Virus record (IMG/VR): IMGVR_UViG_3300035698_015907
From: a virus
Strand: one strand, 5' to 3'
DNA: 64,000 nt
In this document: one piece after another, positions 56,245 through 64,000 of the stretch
Layout of the letters: every line of letters begins with the position of its first letter
Numbering within the stretch: the first letter of the stretch is position 1
The notes under the pieces: generated by a model
Told to the model about the DNA's origin: nothing
The model's database searches: none
What the model saw: only the letters and a program-made list of their open reading frames with translations
Position numbers and translations under genes: made by a program

Positions 56245-56803
56245 TTCTATTGAACACTGCTAATATGGCTGCTTCACCCTGTGAATCTATATCTCTGGTT
56301 CCAATACCAGTCCACAAACCAGATGGCTCTGTTACATCTTCTAATGAAATTTTATTCCATTTTATTAATTCCCACTGGAACCACTGCTCTCTTCTAGAGT
56401 CATACAAATATATTTCATTTGAATCTGGATAGAGTATTTTAAAAACTTCAATAGCCCAAGCAGTTCCACCTATTACAAGGCCAGTATCTATATCAAGGCC
56501 AGCGACAGCGTAAACAGAATTAGTATTTTTAACTTGCCAATAATTTCTTCTAAGCAAATTATTGACATGATCTGATTTAGTGGGGAATTTTCTTTTTAGA
56601 ACTTTGTTAGCCATACACAATAAAGGATCAGCTAAATTAAGGTCTTGTTGAGATAAAACTTTTGAACCTTCATTATTAGAAGATCGGTGGGTTTCAAAAA
56701 CATAATTAATATATTCATGACCAGCTCTTTTAGCTGCTTCTATCCAAAGAGTATCAGCTCCAATCGCGCCGCCCGATTGACAGTAATTAATATTCGAACT
56801 CAA
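56237..56803 (-). CDS. SLOG-superfamily protein
   Basis: SGGAIGAD..W, LLRRNYWQV, GGTAWA, GIGTR. Confidence 0.7.
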   Translation of the reverse strand: MSSNINYCQSGGAIGADTLWIEAAKRAGHEYINYVFETHRSSNNEGSKVLSQQDLNLADPLLCMANKVLKRKFPTKSDHVNNLLRRNYWQVKNTNSVYAVAGLDIDTGLVIGGTAWAIEVFKILYPDSNEIYLYDSRREQWFQWELIKWNKISLEDVTEPSGLWTGIGTRDIDSQGEAAILAVFNRNV

Positions 56804-56982
56804 GGTAATTCAATTCCTGTGAAAATCTTAATCATGAAAATATTAAGAAGAATAAAAGAAAATACATAAACATAAAGATCATTATGTTCTGCGAATGCTA
56901 ATGCAAACATTGTTATGATGGTAGAAATAATACCAGCAACAACAAATATACCAGAATAAATCAACGCATCCATAAACAACAT
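56800..56982 (-). CDS. small two-TM membrane protein
   Basis: Two hydrophobic segments; overlaps the next start. Confidence 0.5.
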   Translation of the reverse strand: MLFMDALIYSGIFVVAGIISTIITMFALAFAEHNDLYVYVFSFILLNIFMIKIFTGIELP

Positions 56983-57004
56983 TATTTTCCAGCTTTACAT
57001 TTTG

Positions 57005-57451
57005 TTATGTATTAGCAGCAGGCTTCTTTACAACAGGCTTCTTAGCAACCTTCTTTACAACCGGAGTTTTAACTGAAGGCTTTTTAGCGGCTGGCTTCTT
57101 TACTGGTGTTTTCCCAACAGAAGCTTTTTTGACTCTTTTCTTTGGAGCTGGCTTAGGTGTTTCCACAACATTAGAAACAACTTCTGCTTCAGTAGATTTT
57201 TCTTTTACTACCACCACTTCAAGTGTCGCAGAGCCTGAAGAATTCAAAGATTCTTCATTGTCAGTCGCAGCATCTATAATAAAAGTTTGTGACTTGAATT
57301 CTAGTTCATCGCCAGGTACCATTAACGAATGCATTAATGCATTCGCAGTTTCTTTACTTTCGCGGTCTTTGCGTCCAAAATAATAAACAGCCCAGCAGAC
57401 TAATACAAATCCACCAACAAATAACAAGCTCCACATAAGTTCAATGTCCAT
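57005..57451 (-). CDS. membrane-anchored protein with H1-like Lys/Pro/Ala/Val-rich tail
   Basis: N-terminal TM helix; acidic linker; KKPAAKKP/KTPVVKK repeats. Confidence 0.7.
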   Translation of the reverse strand: MDIELMWSLLFVGGFVLVCWAVYYFGRKDRESKETANALMHSLMVPGDELEFKSQTFIIDAATDNEESLNSSGSATLEVVVVKEKSTEAEVVSNVVETPKPAPKKRVKKASVGKTPVKKPAAKKPSVKTPVVKKVAKKPVVKKPAANT

Positions 57452-57674
57452 TTAAATTCTCCTTAATTGCACTATTTGTTTCAATCCATTCTATAAGATT
57501 GTTTCCATACGAAGCATCTGAAATCGTGATAACATTAGGAAAATTTCTTTCAATCATTTCTGTAGCTTCATCAAAATTACGAACTATTACAGTTCCATTT
57601 TTATATGGGACTTCAGCAATACCAGTATCCGTAACGAAGAGTTCATAATCACTCTTTCTTATCATATTTATCAC
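57441..57674 (-). CDS. hypothetical protein
   Basis: Directly behind TATAAATA (57678-57685); start may be ATG 57665. Confidence 0.55.
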   Translation of the reverse strand: MINMIRKSDYELFVTDTGIAEVPYKNGTVIVRNFDEATEMIERNFPNVITISDASYGNNLIEWIETNSAIKENLNGH

Positions 57675-57696
57675 TCATATTTATAAATTCAACGTG

Positions 57697-58095
57697 TTAT
57701 TTTGAATACACAATCCACTCAGGCTTAATTTCACATGAGATAGAAAAGTGTGGAAAATGACCTTCAGTAGTTACTAAATAACCCGAATGAACAGAACCAT
57801 CTGTATCAGGTTTATTTTCAGGATAGATATTATCTTTATTGTTCTTAAACCAGTTCTGCACCATTTCTGCTATAGCTTCTGGACTTTCTCTATCAGACAA
57901 AAATTTATTATATGTAGTTGAATCAGAATTTGTCGCCCAATGGAGAAATAAACTTTTCCCTCCATCAGATACAGTCCAACCACAAAAATCACTGTTTATT
58001 AATCTAAGTAAAACTGCAAGTCGACTTACACTTTCACCAGTAGCTCTTAATGAAAAGAGGCCATTTATACCTCCTGAAATATCTTCAGACATCAT
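57697..58095 (-). CDS. hypothetical phage protein
   Basis: PDTDGS..GY..IKPEW..YSK motif; GAGG RBS. Confidence 0.55.
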   Translation of the reverse strand: MMSEDISGGINGLFSLRATGESVSRLAVLLRLINSDFCGWTVSDGGKSLFLHWATNSDSTTYNKFLSDRESPEAIAEMVQNWFKNNKDNIYPENKPDTDGSVHSGYLVTTEGHFPHFSISCEIKPEWIVYSK

Positions 58096-58104
58096 ATATC
58101 CTCT

Positions 58105-58650
58105 TCATACCGTTTCAACTTCTAACGAAACACCTTGAGCTTCTATCATAGTTTCAATCTCATCAAAAGAAACTGGTGTATATGCAATTCTTTCAACAGA
58201 TATATTCAAATATCTCTTATCAGGTAAAACTCTTTCATGAATATGGCCGTGAACATTAGCTTTAATTCTAATTTCATGCTCACCAAGATAAACAGGACGA
58301 TGTGTTAATAGTATCGGTCCCATCCTCCTAGATTCCATCACTTTTTCAAAATGCTGAAAATAGAATTCAAAGTCTTTACGTTCAGCATAATCATGATTTC
58401 CTAAAATCAGACGTTTGTGACCATTCATTCGATGTAAAAGAGGTGAAAGCTTTTTGATACCAAACCCTACATCACCAAGACAATACCATTTATCATAAGG
58501 ACGAACAACTTTGTTGTGGCACTCAATGATATGCTCATTCATTTCATCTGCATCAGCAAATTGGCCACGAAAAAGATTTCCATCATCATCTTTGAATGTG
58601 AGAATCTTTGCGTGATTTAAATGTAGGTCGCTTGAGAAAAATAATGTCAT
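58105..58650 (-). CDS. calcineurin-like metallophosphoesterase
   Basis: SDLHLNH, LGDV, GNHD, THRP, HGHIH, NISVE. Confidence 0.9.
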   Translation of the reverse strand: MTLFFSSDLHLNHAKILTFKDDDGNLFRGQFADADEMNEHIIECHNKVVRPYDKWYCLGDVGFGIKKLSPLLHRMNGHKRLILGNHDYAERKDFEFYFQHFEKVMESRRMGPILLTHRPVYLGEHEIRIKANVHGHIHERVLPDKRYLNISVERIAYTPVSFDEIETMIEAQGVSLEVETV

Positions 58651-58656
58651 TTAAAT

Positions 58657-58685
58657 ATTGTACTACAAAAATAATGCTTTGTCAA
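58657..58685 (-). promoter_or_regulatory. sigma70-type early promoter, probably leaderless transcript
   Basis: TTGACA(58680-85)-N17-TACAAT(58657-62)-6 nt-ATG. Confidence 0.8.
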
Positions 58686-58689
58686 CAGA

Positions 58690-59250
58690 TTATTCAGTAT
58701 CATCTTCATTTGTATCTAATGCTTCTATGAATTCATCATCTGTAGGTAGTTCATGTAAAGTATATTCTTTCACAAACTTAACTGGTTCATATTCACCACC
58801 ATCATCAAAGATAGAAGAAGGAAATCTTTCACCTTCACCTACTAGAATTTTGTTGCACCCTTCATAAATTTCAAACATTTCTCTATCAAGATCTATAATA
58901 TAAGCCCATTCACAAAATAGACTATCACCTGCAAAATCAATGTCATTTTTAAGAACTATTTCATTAGAATTATTATTTTCATTAATGAACTTAATAATTT
59001 GTGCGCCGTGAATTCGGTGAGTGAAAGGAAATTTTTCAACATAACTTCCTGTAAATTCGCTCTCAGTGCCAAATCTGCATTGATCTAAGCTGTTCTTGAA
59101 ATTTTCAATACCATGATCTTCTTCCATGATATTTCTAAGTATTGTTAAAAGATCAAGACCTTGACCTCTAGGATAACCATACCACTGACCATACTGTGCA
59201 ACAACAGGTTCACCATTGCGATAAACCGCGATAAGATGTCTAGTACCCAT
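58690..59250 (-). CDS. conserved phage hypothetical protein
   Basis: MGTR..AQYGQW.GYP..G, CEWAYIIDLD motif. Confidence 0.65.
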   Translation of the reverse strand: MGTRHLIAVYRNGEPVVAQYGQWYGYPRGQGLDLLTILRNIMEEDHGIENFKNSLDQCRFGTESEFTGSYVEKFPFTHRIHGAQIIKFINENNNSNEIVLKNDIDFAGDSLFCEWAYIIDLDREMFEIYEGCNKILVGEGERFPSSIFDDGGEYEPVKFVKEYTLHELPTDDEFIEALDTNEDDTE

Positions 59251-59251
59251 T

Positions 59252-59704
59252 TTAATTCACTCCTTCATTTCCAACTATAGGTCCACCTGGAAATACAGCT
59301 AGACCACCATTTTTATATCTAACTAATCGACCGCTTCCACAGCAAATCTTACATTCTTTTTCACCGAAGAAATCTAATCCCATTAGACCATAATCAGAAA
59401 CATGACCATATCCTGCACATTCATAGCATTCTACAAAATCATGATTTTCTTTGAATTTGTTTAACATAGATGACATGCCAAATTCTGGATGCATGCCATC
59501 AGACAATGTTGATATAACATCTAAATATCTATTCCATGAGGGGACTTGTTCATAATGATTATGTAATTTTTTAATTGCGATATATATTAAAGCAGGATTA
59601 CAAAATGGATTATCTACACTTTCAAGTATTTTCTTGTAAAGCTTTTCCACATCGCCATGCAATAACATAGCATCAATATAAGAATCTGTTACAGAAACAC
59701 TCAT
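59252..59704 (-). CDS. DnaJ-type zinc-finger protein
   Basis: CYECAGYG..CKICCGSG. Confidence 0.55.
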   Translation of the reverse strand: MSVSVTDSYIDAMLLHGDVEKLYKKILESVDNPFCNPALIYIAIKKLHNHYEQVPSWNRYLDVISTLSDGMHPEFGMSSMLNKFKENHDFVECYECAGYGHVSDYGLMGLDFFGEKECKICCGSGRLVRYKNGGLAVFPGGPIVGNEGVN

Positions 59705-59856
59705 CAGAGCTTGCTTAAAACCTTTTTAACTTCTTTGATAGTTTCCTTAACACCATTTCTAAGTTCGGTGTATTGCTTAATTTTCTTCTCAAACATAACA
59801 TGTTTATCATTAAGAACAACAAGACGATCTTCTAATTCTTTTTTAGTTTCTATCAT
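59704..59856 (-). CDS. 50-aa coiled-coil protein
   Basis: Not in track; MIETKKELEDRL..KVLSKL; TGATG-coupled to the next gene. Confidence 0.5.
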   Translation of the reverse strand: MIETKKELEDRLVVLNDKHVMFEKKIKQYTELRNGVKETIKEVKKVLSKL

Positions 59857-60427
59857 TTATCAATTTCTCTATTTTTTCTTTAACATAAGCAGGGTTAGCT
59901 TTGCCTCGAGCTTCTTTCATAACTTGGCCAACTAGCCAATTATTTACTTTGTCTGAACCATCTAATTTTTCAGAATTAGCTTCAATGATATTAATTATCG
60001 TTGTATCAATATCACTATTTTTCACTGGAACATATTTAGGATCGGATAAAATTTTGGAGAGCTCTTCACCAAACAAATATCGCCTAATTACATCTTTGAA
60101 ATGTCTCTTATCAAGAACTTCAAATTCAAACATCATTCTACATAGAACATTCATTAATTCTATGTTAACTAGATATTCTAAACCGACTTCACCAAATTCA
60201 TTAGATATTGCATTGCCATCATTATTAATAAGCTTTGCTATCTTTGAAGAATAGTCAAAGTTTTTAGTAAATGGTTCACTAAATTTAATTGCTTCTGGTA
60301 TCCAAGCATCTGTCAGTCTAACATAACCTGTAGTGAATTCTATATTTCCAAATTCATCAAGTCTGTTGCATGTACCATATTCTATATCATCTACAATTTT
60401 AACATTTTCATATGAATATTTAGACAC
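59843..60427 (-). CDS. GatB/YqeY-domain protein
   Basis: C-terminal IIEAN..K..NWLVGQVMKEARGKANP..V..I, the GatB tRNA-binding tail. Confidence 0.75.
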   Translation of the reverse strand: MSKYSYENVKIVDDIEYGTCNRLDEFGNIEFTTGYVRLTDAWIPEAIKFSEPFTKNFDYSSKIAKLINNDGNAISNEFGEVGLEYLVNIELMNVLCRMMFEFEVLDKRHFKDVIRRYLFGEELSKILSDPKYVPVKNSDIDTTIINIIEANSEKLDGSDKVNNWLVGQVMKEARGKANPAYVKEKIEKLINDRN

Positions 60428-61646
60428 AAGTCTTCCCTATTCCATCAAGCAGTTCTTCACGATTTAATACAAATCTAGAATTTCCCCACTCGGTGCGAAG
60501 CTCTTTAAGCTTAATACCAACATCAGGACCAGGTGGAATTCCAAGTTCAATTAAATCTTTACCAGAGACTGGAAATTTTGGCTTTGGCATTGCCATATAT
60601 TCATCAAGAAATCTTGCAAGCTTATGATCACCAATATAAACAGAATAATGATATAGCTTTCCAGGATCAAGTTCACCTCGTGCTATTCTAGACATAACAT
60701 ATTCTGGGCCATCAACCCAGTAAATTGCATGTCCTTTAGCTCCATCTTCTACAATATGATTCTTAATTATGAATTTCATAATATCATAAGAATTATTGTC
60801 GAACTTAAGTCTCTTTCTCAAATTTATCAGATTATCTAACGAGTTGAGCATTGCTACTATGTAATACAACGGGCTCTTTGCTCGATCATTTATAGCAAGT
60901 TCTTCTATTTTAGCAATGCAGTCAGGTGATAGATACAAACTAGCATCTATAGAATACAGTATATTATGATATTCCATAATCTTTAGCACTGTTAATGCAG
61001 ATGTGCCAGAACAAATCTTAATAAGTTCAGACCAAATTCTTTCACCAGAGATTTCTGAAAGATTGCTACTTAATTTTGTGATTATTTCTAATGTTATAGG
61101 ATCAATGACTGGATTATTAAGCTTTGACGCGAAACGAAAATAACGAAGTATTCTAAGATAATCTTCTTTGATTCTAGAATCAGCATAACCTACAAATTTA
61201 ATGACTTCGTTATTTAGATCATTCAAGCCATCAAAATAATCGTATAATACACCTTCTTTATCCATATACATAGCATTGAATGTGAAATCTCTGCGTGATG
61301 CATCAACTTCCCAATCAGTAGTAAATTCTATTTCAGCATGACGGCCATCAGTAATAATATCTTTACGAAGAGATGTTATTTCAACGGCTTGCTTATTGAT
61401 AATAGCTGTAATTGTACCGTGCTTCAGACCGGTTGGAATTACATTATATCCTAATGCAGCTAAAGAACTGCATATATCAGTCGGCTTAACATCTGTAGCA
61501 ATATCAATATCATCAGGTTCAATGCCCTGAAGCATATCACGTACACAACCTCCAACAAGTCGTGCACTGCCACTTTTTATACTAGCAGCCTTATCAACCT
61601 TTCGTAGTATTGATAATGTGTTATGATCTATTTCAAAAGAATTCAT
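60420..61646 (-). CDS. cca: class II tRNA nucleotidyltransferase (CCA-adding enzyme)
   Basis: LVGGCVRD, DDIDIAT, RRDFTFNAM, EDYLRILRYFRF, SGERI..E, C-terminal VSGKDLIELGIPPGP. Confidence 0.9.
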   Translation of the reverse strand: MNSFEIDHNTLSILRKVDKAASIKSGSARLVGGCVRDMLQGIEPDDIDIATDVKPTDICSSLAALGYNVIPTGLKHGTITAIINKQAVEITSLRKDIITDGRHAEIEFTTDWEVDASRRDFTFNAMYMDKEGVLYDYFDGLNDLNNEVIKFVGYADSRIKEDYLRILRYFRFASKLNNPVIDPITLEIITKLSSNLSEISGERIWSELIKICSGTSALTVLKIMEYHNILYSIDASLYLSPDCIAKIEELAINDRAKSPLYYIVAMLNSLDNLINLRKRLKFDNNSYDIMKFIIKNHIVEDGAKGHAIYWVDGPEYVMSRIARGELDPGKLYHYSVYIGDHKLARFLDEYMAMPKPKFPVSGKDLIELGIPPGPDVGIKLKELRTEWGNSRFVLNREELLDGIGKTCV

Positions 61647-61708
61647 TTAATGTAACCACATTTTGTTCAGTTTTATATTTGTTATTTAAGCTCTCTGAAA
61701 AATAAACA

Positions 61709-63175
61709 TTATTTCTTTTTCCACGGCATATCTACTACGCCAGCCATAATAGATCCTCTTGGCATAATACGATCTTCAACAGTAGCAAGACCATATTTAT
61801 TTATTTGACTCTGGACTTGTTCAGCATTTTTATATGATGACGGAAGCTCAGATATATCAATATCACCAGTGTAAAACCGAATATCAAGACCTTCGGTTTC
61901 CCTTTTCAATACTGCATCTTTAACTTCTTTTGGAACAGTCCTATTTTTATTCCACTGATCTCTCACGCCAAATTCATCTACAATTCTTCTAGTATGTTCA
62001 GTTCTTGACAAGTTTCTTCCTGCACCATGGGGTGCAAAACCAAGATTCTTATCTGAATTAGCATGGCTAGTAAGAAGAATTGGCTGAGCCATATTCAAAG
62101 GAATGATAGTAATTCCATTATCATCTAATGAATACCCATCATATGATGGCGTAGCTCCTTTAGCATGGAAGAAATTATCTCCACGTTTGAACACGAAGTT
62201 GTGTTCATTCCAAAACCAGTCTTCCATGGAATTACCAAGTCTTTTTGCAATAGTTTCGTGTATAGCAAAATGATTCATTTTAGTCCACAAACGAACAGTC
62301 TGAAGAGCTATCCAATAATCATGACCAATTTTGCTGTCATAATCTAGCCACGCCTGATGCTCTGGAATTCTTGGTGCTACAACAGCAGTATGCTTCTTTG
62401 CAGCTGACATTCCATGCTTATATAACAAACCACCAAGAGACCTAGAACCATGATGAGTAACTAGACACATCTGTCCTGTGGATTCTAATTCACCGACATA
62501 CAAAAAGTGATTTCCATCACCTTGAGTCATAAAGTGGTTCTCGGCAGCATCAACAAACTTCTTATTATCAAGAAAACTATTTCCTTCGAATTTAGAAATA
62601 AGTTCCTTTAGTTTGTGGTTTCTGCGCACTTCTGATTTAGATCTTTTGCCTAAACCAAAGTGAGTAACTTTCATTGCTTCATCAAGAACTCTTTTTACAT
62701 CATCATTGCGCTTGAAAATAGTTACTGCCATCGAGCAGCAAATATCAGCAGAATGCATTCCTGGATGAATGGTACCTTTAGTTTCTATTACGCCCCCAAC
62801 TGGAATAGTTCCAAGCTGATTTCCAGCCGGCATTGAATCTGGCATAACCGCAGCTCTTTCCACGGTCGGTAGTCTCATAATTGCATCCATGTGTTGGATT
62901 ACATTTTTGAGATTCTCTCTTTCATCATCAGATTCTGGATCTAAAAATATCTCGAACGGGCGAGAATTTGTACGAAGAGATAAAAGGCTTTCTTCATACA
63001 CTTTCTGTTTTTCTAGAACATCATCATAGAATTTTAAAGCAGCAAATTTAATTTCATCTAATGAACTGCCTTTATTTTCCATTAGATTTACAACATTTAA
63101 CAAATCACGAAAGTGTTTACCTTCCGGGATTCCCCACTCTTTTAATTTTTCGCCATTCATAGTATCATCCGCCAC
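61709..63175 (-). CDS. rtcB: RtcB family RNA ligase
   Basis: MPD..P..IPVG, SADICCS, GDGNHF, HHGSR, HNFV, KGATP, PHGAGR, E.P.SYK. Confidence 0.92.
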   Translation of the reverse strand: MADDTMNGEKLKEWGIPEGKHFRDLLNVVNLMENKGSSLDEIKFAALKFYDDVLEKQKVYEESLLSLRTNSRPFEIFLDPESDDERENLKNVIQHMDAIMRLPTVERAAVMPDSMPAGNQLGTIPVGGVIETKGTIHPGMHSADICCSMAVTIFKRNDDVKRVLDEAMKVTHFGLGKRSKSEVRRNHKLKELISKFEGNSFLDNKKFVDAAENHFMTQGDGNHFLYVGELESTGQMCLVTHHGSRSLGGLLYKHGMSAAKKHTAVVAPRIPEHQAWLDYDSKIGHDYWIALQTVRLWTKMNHFAIHETIAKRLGNSMEDWFWNEHNFVFKRGDNFFHAKGATPSYDGYSLDDNGITIIPLNMAQPILLTSHANSDKNLGFAPHGAGRNLSRTEHTRRIVDEFGVRDQWNKNRTVPKEVKDAVLKRETEGLDIRFYTGDIDISELPSSYKNAEQVQSQINKYGLATVEDRIMPRGSIMAGVVDMPWKKK

Positions 63176-63446
63176 TTCCTAATGGAAAAGGAGCTTCACT
63201 TAATTTAAGTTCTTTTCCAATTACAACATCATCATTAAAATAGTCATAAGCAAATTTAGTCTTAATTCTTTTTGCGAGCCACAAACCATTTTCAACACTA
63301 AAATTTACTGACCATGAATTATGCAATTTATATTCTAATTCTGCTACTGACCCTGCAATCTTCATCAAGTTTTCTGCCGAAACCACTGCAGGTGCAGCAA
63401 TCAAACCGATTGCTGCCGTAATAAAACTTCTGCGTTGAATATTCAT
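63165..63446 (-). CDS. small protein with twin-arginine-like signal
   Basis: Likely ATG 63446: MNIQRRSFITAAIGLIAAPAVVSAENLMKI. Confidence 0.6.
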   Translation of the reverse strand: MNIQRRSFITAAIGLIAAPAVVSAENLMKIAGSVAELEYKLHNSWSVNFSVENGLWLAKRIKTKFAYDYFNDDVVIGKELKLSEAPFPLGSGG

Positions 63447-63453
63447 TTCTTTC

Positions 63454-63999
63454 CTAGCATGAACAAGAGAAATATTCAGGTACAACACCAGTTATAGGTG
63501 AACCGATGATAGTAGCAATATCTTCCCACAAATAAGAAGGAATATTGCCGCGTGCGTCTGAATCATATATTGTGATATGTGAAGTGTCAATACAATCTAA
63601 ACATACATGAATAAATTCTGTTAGTTCCATAGAAATATCATTATCATTCATAACTCGTTGTATGCGTTCTTCAGCATTTTTAACGTCTGATGTTTCTGGA
63701 ACACCCCATTTATTAATAGTATAAGTGCTAGCAATAGTCACCGTTGAACCGCTTATAGCTTCTTGATCACCATTAAATGATGGATGCTCCCATTCATGGC
63801 GAAGAGCTGTGATAGTTCTTGGATATAGAATTAGCCAAAACTTTAGACCTGGATTAACACCAGTCTAAAGAAATGGATCAACAATACCAATGAATTTTTC
63901 AGTAACACCAATAATTGACGAAACTTTATCATGACTTCCGGCAACCAGACCAACATGTTGATTTGGAAAAAGTCTCTCATCAGAAGTCACTGGAACTAC
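63454..63999 (-). pseudogene. conserved phage hypothetical protein interrupted by an in-frame TAG (5' end outside window)
   Basis: One frame reads VPV..ERL.P..HVGL..GIVDPFL*TGV..KFWLILYPRTITALRHEWEHP..FSCSC with the stop at 63865-63867. Confidence 0.6.
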
Positions 64000-64000
64000 T

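Noticed and set aside
1-64000. tRNA, rRNA, DGR or transposon
   Set aside because: Intergenic gaps are short with no cloverleaf; no reverse transcriptase, transposase or TR/VR pair recognised (by eye only)

Overview
An AT-rich (roughly one-third G+C by eye) segment of a large T4-like myophage, with gene order typical of non-enteric T4 relatives. The host is probably an alphaproteobacterium; this is inferred from a DUF1127 gene, a Tat-signal protein and the tail-fibre modules. Positions 1-32077 are morphogenesis: tail-fibre modules, a VrlC/DUF4815 protein in three ORFs, baseplate gp8-7-6-25, a split gp5, gp27-53-48, then divergently gp4-2-54-26-51 and a tape measure with two peptidoglycan-hydrolase domains. 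Positions 32111-44787 are replication and nucleotide metabolism: gp32, gp59, gp33, exonuclease, PhoH, RNase H, glycosyltransferase, EndoII-like nuclease, phosphatase, glutaredoxin, class Id-like RNR and primase. Positions 44854-47029 hold small late genes. Positions 46962-64000 are an accessory region rich in RNA/tRNA-repair and nucleotide enzymes: nuclease-HAD plus ligase-like plus NTase, NadM-Nudix plus mini aaRS-like plus MazG-like, and RtcB plus CCA plus a GatB domain. Sigma70-type (TTGACA-N17-TAnnnT) and T4 late (TATAAATA-like) promoters are visible. The most unusual signal is two about 155-180 bp islands inside coding genes (about 34410-34588 and 52550-52703). In them synonymous codons avoid GAA/GAT (and largely all GWW/WWC) trinucleotides, which suggests cis-elements tied to a motif-specific DNA modification or binding protein. 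No tRNA, rRNA, CRISPR array, intron or intein was recognised. All family assignments come from motif recognition by eye, not database searches.
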